A stretch of DNA of 64,000 bases from an uncultured Candidatus Nitrosopelagicus sp. (GCA_964344885.1 CAYFOW010000001.1:15278-79277); one strand, 5' to 3'. Counted from the first letter of the stretch, positions 17,811 to 27,908 are shown. The notes: generated from the letters alone by a model not told the origin. Numbers and translations: made by a program.

Positions 17811-18701
17811 TTGGATTTATGTTTTAAATCAATTTATCACATAGATTACTCATTGTCAGATTTTTTCACAACACCAGTCATTACTGTAACGCAGGAAAAA
17901 ACAATACATGATGTATTATACAAAATGCAGACAGATTTTATTAAGAGAATTGTAATTTCTGCAAAAAACAAACCAATAGGCATTATCACTGAAAGAGATG
18001 TCAGTAGATTCTTTGACCATGACAATACTGCAAGACCATTAGACGAAATTCCAGTAAAAGAGATAATGAAAAAAAATCTCATTACAGTTACAGCCGGACA
18101 GCAAGATTTGCTTGAGCAGTGCATTATGAGAATGGACACATTTAGAATTGGTTCAGTCATAATAGTTGATGGAGATGGGTATCTAGAAGGCATCGCTACA
18201 AAAACTGACGTAACAAAATCATTTGCTGAAAATTTCCCAGGAAAATCATATGTAAAAGAATTCATGAACACAAAAGTTTTCACATGCAGAAAAACTGATT
18301 CAATAAAATTTGCATTAAACGTAATTAATAGAAATGATGTTTCAAGATTAGCAGTTACAGATAATGATGGAGTACCAATTGGAGTGATTACAACAAATTC
18401 ATTTCTTATTCATAGTAATTATTTTAAAAAAAAATCAAATACAAGAAATTACCTATTTGACGAATCACAAAAAGATTTACTTGTAGGAGATTTAATTGGT
18501 GATGAACTGCTTACTGTAAATTACGAGGATGATTTAGCAAAAGCTGCACAGATGATGATAGATAATAAAATCAGTGGAATTCCAGTGACGGATTATGGAA
18601 AAGGTTTGGTCGGTATGATTACGAAATTTGATGTATTATCAGCGTATAACAAGGCAAGCAGGTATGAAGATATTGTTGAGACATACAAAAGAAATTACTA
18701 G
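17811..18701 (+). CDS. Four-CBS-domain protein
   Basis: Repeated GIITERD, GIATKTD, GVITT, GMITKFD motifs. Confidence 0.88.
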   Translation: MDLCFKSIYHIDYSLSDFFTTPVITVTQEKTIHDVLYKMQTDFIKRIVISAKNKPIGIITERDVSRFFDHDNTARPLDEIPVKEIMKKNLITVTAGQQDLLEQCIMRMDTFRIGSVIIVDGDGYLEGIATKTDVTKSFAENFPGKSYVKEFMNTKVFTCRKTDSIKFALNVINRNDVSRLAVTDNDGVPIGVITTNSFLIHSNYFKKKSNTRNYLFDESQKDLLVGDLIGDELLTVNYEDDLAKAAQMMIDNKISGIPVTDYGKGLVGMITKFDVLSAYNKASRYEDIVETYKRNY

Positions 18702-18752
18702 GCATAAAAGAAAATTATTAGTTAATAAGGACAAAACAAAATGTAATACATC

Positions 18753-19334
18753 ATGGAATCAGGTATTAAAAAAGATACAAAATCAAAAAAAGAGTCAACA
18801 CGAAGTATAACGTATCGTCTACCTGAAAAGCTTGTAAATGAATTAGAAAAAGAGGCAAATCAAAAAAAGATTTCACATAATGTACTAGTCAAACAAATTC
18901 TTGAAAGGTATATTCAGTGGGATAGATTTGCAGAAAAAATTGGAATGGTCCCAGTTCCTAAGGATATTCTCAATACATTAGGTGAGGAGATGGATGGAGA
19001 AGATATTAATGAAATAATCAAAGCAGTTTTACCATTAATCAAAGATTCGGTGCTTTTTGTAAAAGGCGATTATGAAATTAAACGATGTATCGAAACTCTA
19101 GAAGACTATATTCGTGCATCAGGAATGAAATCAGATCATAGAATTGAAGGAGAAGTACACCATTTTATCATACAGCATGAAATGGGTATGAAATGGTCCT
19201 TATTTACAGAGCAATTATTAAAAGAAATTTTCCATCAATTTGTTCCGGACAAGAATGTCAAGACTCAAACCACAAAAAGTACAATCATTGCATCAGTTGA
19301 ATTAGGTGCAGAGTTTAACGAGCACAAGTATTAA
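18753..19334 (+). CDS. RHH DNA-binding domain plus putative ligand-binding domain
   Basis: SITYRLPEKLVNELEKEA...ISHNVLVKQILERY. Confidence 0.65.
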   Translation: MESGIKKDTKSKKESTRSITYRLPEKLVNELEKEANQKKISHNVLVKQILERYIQWDRFAEKIGMVPVPKDILNTLGEEMDGEDINEIIKAVLPLIKDSVLFVKGDYEIKRCIETLEDYIRASGMKSDHRIEGEVHHFIIQHEMGMKWSLFTEQLLKEIFHQFVPDKNVKTQTTKSTIIASVELGAEFNEHKY

Positions 19335-19335
19335 T

Positions 19336-19821
19336 TCATCCAAATTCATCAATTGGAATGACATTGACTACGCGTAGTGTTCCTAGTGATGTTTCCATAT
19401 CAGCAAGATCATAGTAATCATATAATCCATCAGTAGCAGTAATTACTAATGTCTCTACTTGATCAGGTAAGAGCATTTTTGTTTGTATATCTAATTTTTC
19501 AAAATACAATCCATGTGAACTTTCAGACTTATTTATCACAGTCAATAAAAGTGAATATCCACCAGCACGAGTAATTATTGTAGGATTTGGATTTTCATCA
19601 GAAATTGTTTTTCCAATAAGATTAGTTTTTGTTCCATCATCTTCAAAGATTACAGTTTGTCTAATTGTTTCAGGCAGATAAATTTGAACATGATGAACTT
19701 CACCATTTCCAATAATTCCAATTATCAAACCAAATGCAACAATGCAACTTATACAGGTAATTACTAACAATAATTTTCCATTAATTTGATTTGAACTTTC
19801 AGTTTGATTAGGAAAAATCAT
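19336..19821 (-). CDS. Membrane-anchored hypothetical protein, degenerate cupredoxin-like
   Basis: TM helix; VIN....HGL...YDYYD pattern without a Cys ligand. Confidence 0.5.
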   Translation of the reverse strand: MIFPNQTESSNQINGKLLLVITCISCIVAFGLIIGIIGNGEVHHVQIYLPETIRQTVIFEDDGTKTNLIGKTISDENPNPTIITRAGGYSLLLTVINKSESSHGLYFEKLDIQTKMLLPDQVETLVITATDGLYDYYDLADMETSLGTLRVVNVIPIDEFG

Positions 19822-19826
19822 ACCAT

Positions 19827-20732
19827 TTAAGCATGGAATAATGTTTTAAGACTTTTAGATCTATTTCTAATTGTTACTTCTGTTACATTTGCAGCAACTG
19901 CAAAGTCTTTTTGAGTAAAATTTTCTCCAGAATTAATTGATGCAAGATATAATGCAGTAGCTGCTAATCCCATAGGATCTTTACCAGAAGACATTTGTTG
20001 AGAATTTGATTTTTTTAATAATTTAATTGCAGTACGTTTTGTTTTTTCAGATAAACCAAGTTTACTGGATATTCTCGAAATGCAAAAAATTGAATTTACT
20101 ACAGGCATCTTAAGATCTAATTCCTGAACAATCAAGCGGTAGCAACGAGAGATATCTTTCTTTTTAATATTAGTAGAATCAGATACATCTTTGAGTGTTC
20201 TGGGAGTTTCAGAGTCTCTACAAGCAGCATATAATGCTGCAGCCATCATTGAGGAGATAGTTCTTCCACGAGATAATTTTTTTTCAAGAGTCTTTCGATA
20301 AATATAAGCTGCCTTTTGTGTCACGTTTTCAGGTAAACCAAGTTTGTCTTTCATTTTGTATAATTCGTTAAATGCTTGTTTGAGGTGTCTATCAAGGTGA
20401 GTGTTTTGACTTCTATTATCCCATAACCTAAGACGATTCATTGTACCCATCAATGATGGTGCAATAGAATTTCCTGCAGAATCCTTGTTGGTAGGATTAA
20501 TCATTGTAGATAATCCCATATCATGACGTGCAATAGATGTACCATCACCTACACGGCTTTTACTTGTGCCTGAATCTGAAAATGATCTCCATTCTGCACC
20601 AGTATCTTCAATTCTTCCAGGCAAGACAAGGCCGCAGCTTTTGCATATTCGTTCACCAGTTTCAACATCATTTACGAGAACGTCATTCCCACATGCATGC
20701 TGACTAAGAAGAATTGTATCATCTAAAATCAT
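19827..20732 (-). CDS. tfb: Transcription initiation factor IIB paralog
   Basis: ETGERICKSCG, GAEWRSF, RLRLW, PRTLKDV, GKDPMGLAA, VTEVTIRNR; ATG at 20732 preferred over 20789. Confidence 0.95.
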   Translation of the reverse strand: MILDDTILLSQHACGNDVLVNDVETGERICKSCGLVLPGRIEDTGAEWRSFSDSGTSKSRVGDGTSIARHDMGLSTMINPTNKDSAGNSIAPSLMGTMNRLRLWDNRSQNTHLDRHLKQAFNELYKMKDKLGLPENVTQKAAYIYRKTLEKKLSRGRTISSMMAAALYAACRDSETPRTLKDVSDSTNIKKKDISRCYRLIVQELDLKMPVVNSIFCISRISSKLGLSEKTKRTAIKLLKKSNSQQMSSGKDPMGLAATALYLASINSGENFTQKDFAVAANVTEVTIRNRSKSLKTLFHA

Positions 20733-20815
20733 GTATAATTGTATACACTTATACATATTTATATATTGTGTATAATTATGTATAATCATGCATATACAGT
20801 GTAACAGTATTATAC
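20732..20815. promoter_or_regulatory. TGTATA/TATACA hexamer array in a divergent promoter
   Basis: Hexamers at 20732, 20740 (TGTATACA), 20750, 20769, 20779, 20793. Confidence 0.5.
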
Positions 20816-20836
20816 GATAAAAGATTAGATTTTACC

Positions 20837-20989
20837 ATGTCAGTTGCATTTGTAACAAAAATTGCAAAGTCAGGACATGATTCAAACGGAAATGAAAGAC
20901 GAATAATTATTGTCCCAGCTGATCGATTAAAAGAAGTGGCAAAAAAATACAATGGAAAGCAAGTTAAAGTGACAATTGAAGAAATTTAA
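20837..20989 (+). CDS. 50-aa microprotein, AbrB/swapped-hairpin-like
   Basis: Manual ORF MSVAFVTKIAKSG...RRIIIVPADRLKEVAKKYNGKQVKVTIEEI. Confidence 0.6.
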   Translation: MSVAFVTKIAKSGHDSNGNERRIIIVPADRLKEVAKKYNGKQVKVTIEEI

Positions 20990-21420
20990 GATGTTGCAGA
21001 GATTTCTTTGAGAAGATTTCTTCGAATTAAGATAGGAATGTTGTAAAATGATGCAAGAGCAATTGCATCAGATGCTCGGAAATGTCTTAGAATAATATCT
21101 TTTTTTCCTGTAAAATACAGATTTGCCCTTAAGATGTTCCCAGTCTCATAGATTTTTATCTTTACAAGCAATAATTCAGTTTCTTCACATAATTGTTCAA
21201 TCATATTGTATATTGTAGGTAATGAATCACGTTGTCCATCAATAAAACTAGAGATATGCATAGCTACTTCAGTAGAAAAAGCAGACATGTGAAATTGTTT
21301 TCTATCATCAGATTCAAGAATTAATGCACCTTGATTTGATGTCGGATCAATACCCACAGTAGAAATTTTTACAACATCATAATCTTCATCTAATGCTTCA
21401 TCTATTTTCAATTCTATCAC
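20986..21420 (-). CDS. Bifunctional nuclease domain protein (DUF151)
   Basis: LPTIY, F.ASDAIALA.FY..PI. Confidence 0.8.
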   Translation of the reverse strand: MIELKIDEALDEDYDVVKISTVGIDPTSNQGALILESDDRKQFHMSAFSTEVAMHISSFIDGQRDSLPTIYNMIEQLCEETELLLVKIKIYETGNILRANLYFTGKKDIILRHFRASDAIALASFYNIPILIRRNLLKEISATS

Positions 21421-21541
21421 ATTGTTTTAGGTTGCAATCAAAATAAGATTTGTGGCAAGAATTAGAAAATATTACTAACAAATATTTCGAATCATGATAA
21501 TCTTCATCTATTTTAAATCACAATATCACAAATATTTCATA

Positions 21542-21961
21542 TTGGAAATCAGGAAAATTTTGGTACCAATAGATGGTTCTACGAGTTCTTTTCGAGGTTT
21601 GGATGAAGCAATAAAGATTGCACGAAATTGTAAGGCAACAATAACAGGTTTGTTTGTTGTACCGTTTTTTGAATCATCTAAGACAAGTAAAATTTCAACT
21701 ATTGAGAAGATGGTTTTAGATGATAATCAGAAATCAATGGAAAAAGCAAAGATTAGGTCTGCAAAAAGAGGGATATTATTTGAAGCAGATATAATTCATG
21801 GAGAAGAAGGTCAGGCAATTGTCAATTTTGCTAGAAAAAAGAAATTTGATTTAGTTGTGATTGGTTCAAAAGGTAGAGGTTCAATGATGCAATTTTTTTT
21901 GGGCAGTACATCAAATTATGTGATACATAAAGCATCAATTCCAGTTTTGGTTGTAAAGTGA
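21542..21961 (+). CDS. Universal stress protein
   Basis: KILVPIDGS, DLVVIGSKGRG...LGSTSNYV.HKA..PVLVVK; TTG at 21542 preferred. Confidence 0.93.
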   Translation: MEIRKILVPIDGSTSSFRGLDEAIKIARNCKATITGLFVVPFFESSKTSKISTIEKMVLDDNQKSMEKAKIRSAKRGILFEADIIHGEEGQAIVNFARKKKFDLVVIGSKGRGSMMQFFLGSTSNYVIHKASIPVLVVK

Positions 21962-21966
21962 TGTAA

Positions 21967-22680
21967 TTGTCTTCAAAAAAAGAGAAAATCTTGTTGATGG
22001 GATTTCCAAGTAACGGATTAGTTGGTACGTTTTCAATGTCATATATTATCAGCTATTTACAGATGCAACAAGTTGGAGAAATTGAGCATCCAGACATTAC
22101 ACCTGCATTATTTATCGAGGATGGTGAGATTTACACGCCAATTAGAATTTACAAGAAAGCAAACATTTTTGCAATTATTTCAGAAATACCATTTGATACA
22201 GATGTAGCATATGAGTTTGCAGAGATTGTGACTAAAATTGCAAAAAAACACAGCATAGATAAGATTGTCATTCTTAGCGGAATGGAATCAGTAAACAGAG
22301 ATCCAAAAAAACCTAAGACATTTGGATTAATTACACATAAGAGTTTAGAAGAGTATCTGTATCAAAATGATATTCCAAAATTCCTTACAGGAACAATTCT
22401 TGGAACAGATGCGGCTATAATTTCCACGTTAAGAAAATCAGATGTACCATGTTTGGTGTTATATACAGAATGTCATCCCACATTTCCAGACCCTAATGCA
22501 TCCATTTATTCAATTTCCACTGTTTCTAGAATTTTAAAAACAAAAATAGATACAAAAGATTTAGAGAAAAGAATTGATCAAATTAGAATTCAGAATAGAG
22601 ATTTAATGCAAGAAACAATGAACATTATTCAAGGACAACAGTCTGAAAAACGACTTCCAGTTCCAGCAATCTATAGGTAA
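21967..22680 (+). CDS. PAC2 family proteasome assembly chaperone
   Basis: GFPSNGLVG, PIRIY, PDPNAS. Confidence 0.85.
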   Translation: MSSKKEKILLMGFPSNGLVGTFSMSYIISYLQMQQVGEIEHPDITPALFIEDGEIYTPIRIYKKANIFAIISEIPFDTDVAYEFAEIVTKIAKKHSIDKIVILSGMESVNRDPKKPKTFGLITHKSLEEYLYQNDIPKFLTGTILGTDAAIISTLRKSDVPCLVLYTECHPTFPDPNASIYSISTVSRILKTKIDTKDLEKRIDQIRIQNRDLMQETMNIIQGQQSEKRLPVPAIYR

Positions 22681-22684
22681 TATT

Positions 22685-23059
22685 ATGTCAGAAAGATTAA
22701 CTAGACCTAGATGGAATTTGGGATTAGAAGATGATATTAGTCAAAAGATTCTTTCTCCACTCACTAGTATTAGAGGAACAGAGTCAAAGTGGGTAATTGA
22801 ATTTGATCTCCCTTTAGTAGATAAGAAAGATATCAAAGTTTCAATTGATACAAATAACTTAATTTCTGTTGAGGCCGAACTTAAAGAGACGTATTGTGAT
22901 GAGATGTTAGGGTGCAAGAACGAATTTCAGTATTATAAAAAACAAATTTCATTACCATCAGACATAGATAAAAAAAATATTACGTCAAAATTTTCAGATG
23001 GGATATTGACAATACAGGTTCCTCGAAAGATTAAAGGAACCAAAATTAAGGTAGAGTGA
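22685..23059 (+). CDS. Hsp20/alpha-crystallin small heat shock protein
   Basis: FDLPLVDKKDIKV, I.LP..ID...I.SKFSDGILTI.VPR. Confidence 0.88.
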   Translation: MSERLTRPRWNLGLEDDISQKILSPLTSIRGTESKWVIEFDLPLVDKKDIKVSIDTNNLISVEAELKETYCDEMLGCKNEFQYYKKQISLPSDIDKKNITSKFSDGILTIQVPRKIKGTKIKVE

Positions 23060-23062
23060 ATA

Positions 23063-23245
23063 TTAGTTTTCTTCAGGTTCTTCAGTTACTGAACCCATAC
23101 TCTCAAGCCGCCAAGCCGTTTCCATATTTTCATCCATTCGCACAGGTTTACTCTTATTCAAATTTGAAAAGATACATTCATCAGAACAATGTGTTAGTTC
23201 AGTATTTCTCATTTCTTTACCACAGTTTTCGCAAAATTTTGTCAA
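23063..23245 (-). CDS. Small Zn-ribbon protein
   Basis: CENCG...HCSDEC. Confidence 0.6.
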   Translation of the reverse strand: MTKFCENCGKEMRNTELTHCSDECIFSNLNKSKPVRMDENMETAWRLESMGSVTEEPEEN

Positions 23246-23309
23246 TAGTTGAGAGCAAATTAATCATCGTATTATTAATGAATGCTGATTATCAAGTATG
23301 ATAATAGGA

Positions 23310-23954
23310 TTATACAATATGAACAATAGTACTTGCACCACGTCTATCAATTTCCATTCCATCTTTGAATTCACCAATTACAACAGTAAACGAGATTAGA
23401 TCACGTTGAGTACATTTTGTGGCATCAAGTGTAAGATGAAAATCAAGTAAATCAGATTTTTCCAGATATAGATCATTTTCAAGAATATGAGCATCACCAG
23501 TACTTTCCAATCTAAATCGATTTTGCTGATAATGAGTTCCCAAAGCAACTTGACAGTTTTCACGACCCGTTGCTTTTACAGTGATGTCAATTAGACCAGA
23601 TTTTGCAAACGTATATTCAGATTTTTTGTTTATGAAAACACCAATTTGAAACGGCTTTCCAGCTGTGGCTTCAGCCATTTTTTGAATTCCATCATTCATT
23701 GCAACATCTACACCCTTGATTGTTTGTGCAACTTTTGCAATCCAATCATTGGTACGAGTGATGACTGAAGCAATTTCATTTCGTCGTTTTTTATCTTCAT
23801 CAGAAGGAAGTTTATAGTATTCAACCCATGCAAGATAATCATTAGAGATATCCTTGACAAAATCCATACATGTGAGTTTGTAACTATCAACGCTTTCAGC
23901 TTTTCCTGCACCTTCATCATATGGAACAAAAGAGCTATCTGCGGGTAAGGCCAT
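23310..23954 (-). CDS. Hypothetical protein
   Basis: 214-aa ORF, no recognised motif. Confidence 0.7.
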   Translation of the reverse strand: MALPADSSFVPYDEGAGKAESVDSYKLTCMDFVKDISNDYLAWVEYYKLPSDEDKKRRNEIASVITRTNDWIAKVAQTIKGVDVAMNDGIQKMAEATAGKPFQIGVFINKKSEYTFAKSGLIDITVKATGRENCQVALGTHYQQNRFRLESTGDAHILENDLYLEKSDLLDFHLTLDATKCTQRDLISFTVVIGEFKDGMEIDRRGASTIVHIV

Positions 23955-24028
23955 ATTAAAAATAAAATGAACGTATCTTAAAAGACATCTGAATTAGAGT
24001 TTTAAGTGATGTTTTTTGCGCTACCATT

Positions 24029-24538
24029 ATGAAATTATTTTCAGTGATGATTGATGAATTACAGAAAGAATTAAAATCAAATAATGCGCAAATTCGGTTT
24101 TTATTAAAAAAAAATTCTGCAATAGCATATAGAAGAATTACAGAAATAAGTAAAGATGTAGGAAAAAAATACAATGTGTTACTAGTAGTTAATTTTTCAA
24201 GAAAGGATTCAATAAATGATTTTGATTCATATGCGACAAGAGACATTAGTATCAGTATTGAAAAAGATAGAAAAAGATTCCCAATTAATCGACAAGATAT
24301 CAAAGATAAAGCATATGAAGTGTTAGGAGATGTTTTTACTGAAGACTCTTACATGAGAGAGGGCAAAGAGGGCGTAAGAGTCAAAATTAAAGAAGAGAAG
24401 ATCGACATATTGCCACACTCATTACATGTGTGGACCACATTAACAAAAGAAGTAAAAGATTATTGTGATTGGTTATTAGATGTGGTTTATCAGGTAAACC
24501 AAGGCTCATCATCAGCAGATAATGAAACTACTTCATAA
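24029..24538 (+). CDS. Hypothetical protein
   Basis: 169-aa ORF with normal composition. Confidence 0.7.
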   Translation: MKLFSVMIDELQKELKSNNAQIRFLLKKNSAIAYRRITEISKDVGKKYNVLLVVNFSRKDSINDFDSYATRDISISIEKDRKRFPINRQDIKDKAYEVLGDVFTEDSYMREGKEGVRVKIKEEKIDILPHSLHVWTTLTKEVKDYCDWLLDVVYQVNQGSSSADNETTS

Positions 24539-25173
24539 GAAAAAACAAAATTTCCATCAAAATCATAGTTGATTGCTTTTATCGGTAATGGTACATTATC
24601 GACTATCCAGAATGTGTTTTGTTTTTCACCTATATCGTATGAAACCTGAAATGTATCAATTTTACCAAATTGCATATTCAAAGGAGTGATTTCAGTTAAG
24701 ACCACTTTGGGCTTATGTTTTCCAATAAACATCGTTCCCCATTCTGCACCAACGACAAGATATCGATCATCACGTGCTAAATCACGTGTAGATAAAACAG
24801 TTTCATCAAGAATTTTTGCATATGGTCTTAATTCAGGGGATATTTTTTCAAATGTGAATCCAGATGATAATGAAATTGTTTCAGATAGTTGTTGTCCAGT
24901 GTTCAGATCATGAATTGACAGTTTAACATTTTGATGCTCAGTAGATTCAACAAAGTCAAATGTTGCAAGAAGTTTTGAATTTTTAGTTTCTACTTCATAT
25001 TGTATAGAAGGATTTAGTTCGGCGCCTTTCCCAATATGCCATTTTTCAGCAAAATATGGAATAACATCTTGTTCAGTATTGGGTATTCCACTAAGAATAA
25101 TTGGGTACGAAACTCCAATGGCAGCAGCTACAAACATTATTCCCATTCCAATTACAATTCGTCGTTTTACCAA
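24490..25173 (-). CDS. Membrane-anchored/secreted hypothetical protein
   Basis: N-terminal TM; WIVDNVPLPIK motif shared with the adjacent 500-aa protein (WVVDDFPFPVK). Confidence 0.7.
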   Translation of the reverse strand: MVKRRIVIGMGIMFVAAAIGVSYPIILSGIPNTEQDVIPYFAEKWHIGKGAELNPSIQYEVETKNSKLLATFDFVESTEHQNVKLSIHDLNTGQQLSETISLSSGFTFEKISPELRPYAKILDETVLSTRDLARDDRYLVVGAEWGTMFIGKHKPKVVLTEITPLNMQFGKIDTFQVSYDIGEKQNTFWIVDNVPLPIKAINYDFDGNFVFSYEVVSLSADDEPWFT

Positions 25174-25193
25174 AAAATCACCAAATTAAGTTA

Positions 25194-26696
25194 CTAGGAG
25201 GTAATTTTCATTATTCCACTAGAGATTAGATATTGAATTCCTGAAACAAAGTCAGAGTCAGAGATAACACCATCTGCCCACCAACCAGCATTATTTTTTA
25301 TCCATCCAGGGATTTCATTTGAACCTGCACCAGAGGATGTAGTAGGCGGAATAACCATAATCTTTTGATTAATCAAATATTGAATTCCTGAAACAAAGTC
25401 AGAGTCAGAGATAACACCATCTGCCCACCAACCAGCATTATTTTTTATCCATCCAGGGATTTCAGATTCAGTACTTTCAGTAGATTTTGGTGCGACATTT
25501 GATTTAGGGGTTGATGGTTTGTCCCCAATTACCTCAAGATCAAACATTAGAAAGCCAGTAGTCGAAGGATCTGGGGCCGATTTTTCAGGTCCAGTTCCAT
25601 GTACCCATATAACATATTTTGCAGTGCCAGGATCTTCCAATACAGGCATGTATCGTACTACTTGTCCAGAAGCTGAAAAGAATTTTGAGAATCCTTCTTC
25701 ATCAGCAAAGCTTCTAACAATATCTTTTCCAGATTCATCTAAAACATAGAAATCATAATGTACTTGATTTTCCCATAACGATGGCGCATGTGATTTTTTA
25801 AAATCAACTCTTAGTTCTAAATCACATCCAGTAACTGCAGGCGTAGGTCCATAAAACACATTAAGAGTCATAGGGGTTCCAGCAGTTTTAGTATTTTTCT
25901 TAATTGTAGTCAGATCATATTCTCGAGGACAACCCAAGTCTTTTTTTGCTTGTTCAGTATCTACAATATCAGTAAAAGGATTTTCTGTAATGTTTTTTGC
26001 ATGATCTAATAATTCAAATCGATATTCTTGTGGAGGGATTCCTTCAGATACTTGTACCCATGTACTAGCCTTTACAGGGAATGGGAAATCGTCAACTACC
26101 CAAACTTTACTTGTTTTTCCACCAGTATGCCAACCAATTACAACAGTTTCAAATGTTCCTGCAGGCGTATATGCAGTATCAAGTGCCATAGGGATAACTT
26201 GTTCGCCCCCAATGTTTCCAATTTTTCCCCATGACGGAATAGAGAATGCTTTTGGTCCTTTTCCGCCAACATCAGATGGGGAAGTAGCAAATGCAGAAAG
26301 CCAAACAATTGATGTTTTGTAAGCACTACGATAAGGAGAGATGTTATCTGTACCACCAGTTGGTTCAGGAGCAATCTTTCCAACTTCCATTTCACCAGAA
26401 ATTATCTTATTTCCATCTCTAACTACAGTTTGGATAAGGAGTTTCTGTTCGGTTCCATCTTGAAATTCTTTTTCTACCCACATATCCATAGAAAATGTCG
26501 TACAATCTTTGTAATTTGCATGACACATATCAAAACTAAAGTAATCTCCGATCTCTAGATTCTCACCTGGGAACCATTCGCCTGGATGATCCACACCGCC
26601 TACTTGAGATTGAGCAAAAACAGGTAAAGTAGCAGAAGAGATCATAATTACGCTAAGTAATACTATCAAAGAAGCAATAACTTTCAATTGTTCCAA
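25194..26696 (-). CDS. Secreted surface protein with two C-terminal WIKNNAGWW modules
   Basis: Signal peptide ending VFA; duplicated EIPGWIKNNAGWWADGVISDSDFVSGIQY. Confidence 0.8.
   Translation of the reverse strand: MEQLKVIASLIVLLSVIMISSATLPVFAQSQVGGVDHPGEWFPGENLEIGDYFSFDMCHANYKDCTTFSMDMWVEKEFQDGTEQKLLIQTVVRDGNKIISGEMEVGKIAPEPTGGTDNISPYRSAYKTSIVWLSAFATSPSDVGGKGPKAFSIPSWGKIGNIGGEQVIPMALDTAYTPAGTFETVVIGWHTGGKTSKVWVVDDFPFPVKASTWVQVSEGIPPQEYRFELLDHAKNITENPFTDIVDTEQAKKDLGCPREYDLTTIKKNTKTAGTPMTLNVFYGPTPAVTGCDLELRVDFKKSHAPSLWENQVHYDFYVLDESGKDIVRSFADEEGFSKFFSASGQVVRYMPVLEDPGTAKYVIWVHGTGPEKSAPDPSTTGFLMFDLEVIGDKPSTPKSNVAPKSTESTESEIPGWIKNNAGWWADGVISDSDFVSGIQYLINQKIMVIPPTTSSGAGSNEIPGWIKNNAGWWADGVISDSDFVSGIQYLISSGIMKITS
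25230..25464. repeat. 88-bp exact intragenic direct repeat (25230-25317 and 25377-25464)
   Basis: Identical DNA with a 147-bp (49-codon) period. Confidence 0.9.
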
Positions 26697-26765
26697 AGTC
26701 CTAGTAATTCCTAGTTAAATGTTTCATATAAGCAAATATAGAGGAATGAAAAGTGAATTTTAGAT

Positions 26766-26936
26766 ATGTGCGAATGTCCAAAGATCCACATGTATGAAGT
26801 AGAATTCAAGTTGGATGGAATGATTGTAGTTCCGACCCACAAAAACTGTGGGAATAGGTTAAATGAGAAACAAGCAGATGGATTTCAAAAACAGCTTGTT
26901 AAATCATGGGGATATGAAGACGAAGACGAAGAATAG
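26766..26936 (+). CDS. 56-aa microprotein (CxC...H..C, acidic tail)
   Basis: Manual ORF MCECPKIHMYEVEFKLDGMIVVPTHKNCG...WGYEDEDEE. Confidence 0.6.
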   Translation: MCECPKIHMYEVEFKLDGMIVVPTHKNCGNRLNEKQADGFQKQLVKSWGYEDEDEE

Positions 26937-26950
26937 ATTTTAACAGACTT

Positions 26951-27823
26951 TCACATATGAAAACTCTTCAAAATTGAATTGGTGGTTTTTTGCAATTCAG
27001 CGATTTGAGATTTCATTTTTGTCAAATCAGTTTCCAGGTCTAGGGCAGTTTTAAGGACATGAATTAGTTCTGGAGAATGATGAAGGTTCTTTACTTTAAT
27101 GAAATTATTCCTAGTCACATATCCCAAATAGAAATAACAATCAGCAAGAAGTGAATTTTCAATCATCCATGCAGATTTCTGAGAGATGATTTTAGAATTT
27201 AAATTATTTTGAGTCATATCAGAGAATCCTACAGTTGATTTGGACATTCTTTGAAGTAATGAAGTAGTCGAACGCTCTACTCCCAAACAATCAGTTAATA
27301 CAGAAATTGATTGATTTAGTTTATTTTTTTTCAGATCACGAAGTTGATGTAAAAGATGAGTAGGATTTGTCTTAATTGAATTAAGGGTTGCAAGTGCATC
27401 AGCAATAAAAAATGAAGATATTTTCAACCAAATGGGAGAAAAAACATCAGAATCAATTCCATTTTTGGCTTTAGAAAGACATACACCTGATTCAACAAGA
27501 GATTGTTTAACAAATGTATTTTCTAACTGGGATTTTTTTATTTTAATTTTAGATAATAGAGTTTTCAGATCCCATTGATCATCTTGTAGAACATGCATGT
27601 TTTCAATCTGTAATAATTGGTAAGGGTTTGTTTCGTTTAGAGACAGATGATGAATTGTGATGAATTTATTTTTAAAATCTACTATCGAAGTGCCAGAATG
27701 TTCATCAAAAATTGCAATATCATAATCACAGCATTCGTACTCAATACCATAAACTCGGCATCCAAATACACCAACAGGAAATCCATTATGAGGTATACAA
27801 GATAAAAGTTCATCATAGTTCAT
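26951..27823 (-). CDS. Hypothetical protein with nucleotidyltransferase-like N-terminus
   Basis: GVFGCR..G....CCDYDIAIF resembles the GS...DxD motif. Confidence 0.6.
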   Translation of the reverse strand: MNYDELLSCIPHNGFPVGVFGCRVYGIEYECCDYDIAIFDEHSGTSIVDFKNKFITIHHLSLNETNPYQLLQIENMHVLQDDQWDLKTLLSKIKIKKSQLENTFVKQSLVESGVCLSKAKNGIDSDVFSPIWLKISSFFIADALATLNSIKTNPTHLLHQLRDLKKNKLNQSISVLTDCLGVERSTTSLLQRMSKSTVGFSDMTQNNLNSKIISQKSAWMIENSLLADCYFYLGYVTRNNFIKVKNLHHSPELIHVLKTALDLETDLTKMKSQIAELQKTTNSILKSFHM

Positions 27824-27908
27824 TCAAAAACAAAAAAAGGTTAATTTCTATAAATATTGCAACTTAGAAAAATTCACAAATAATGTAAATGTCAAAACAT
27901 AAAATTAT

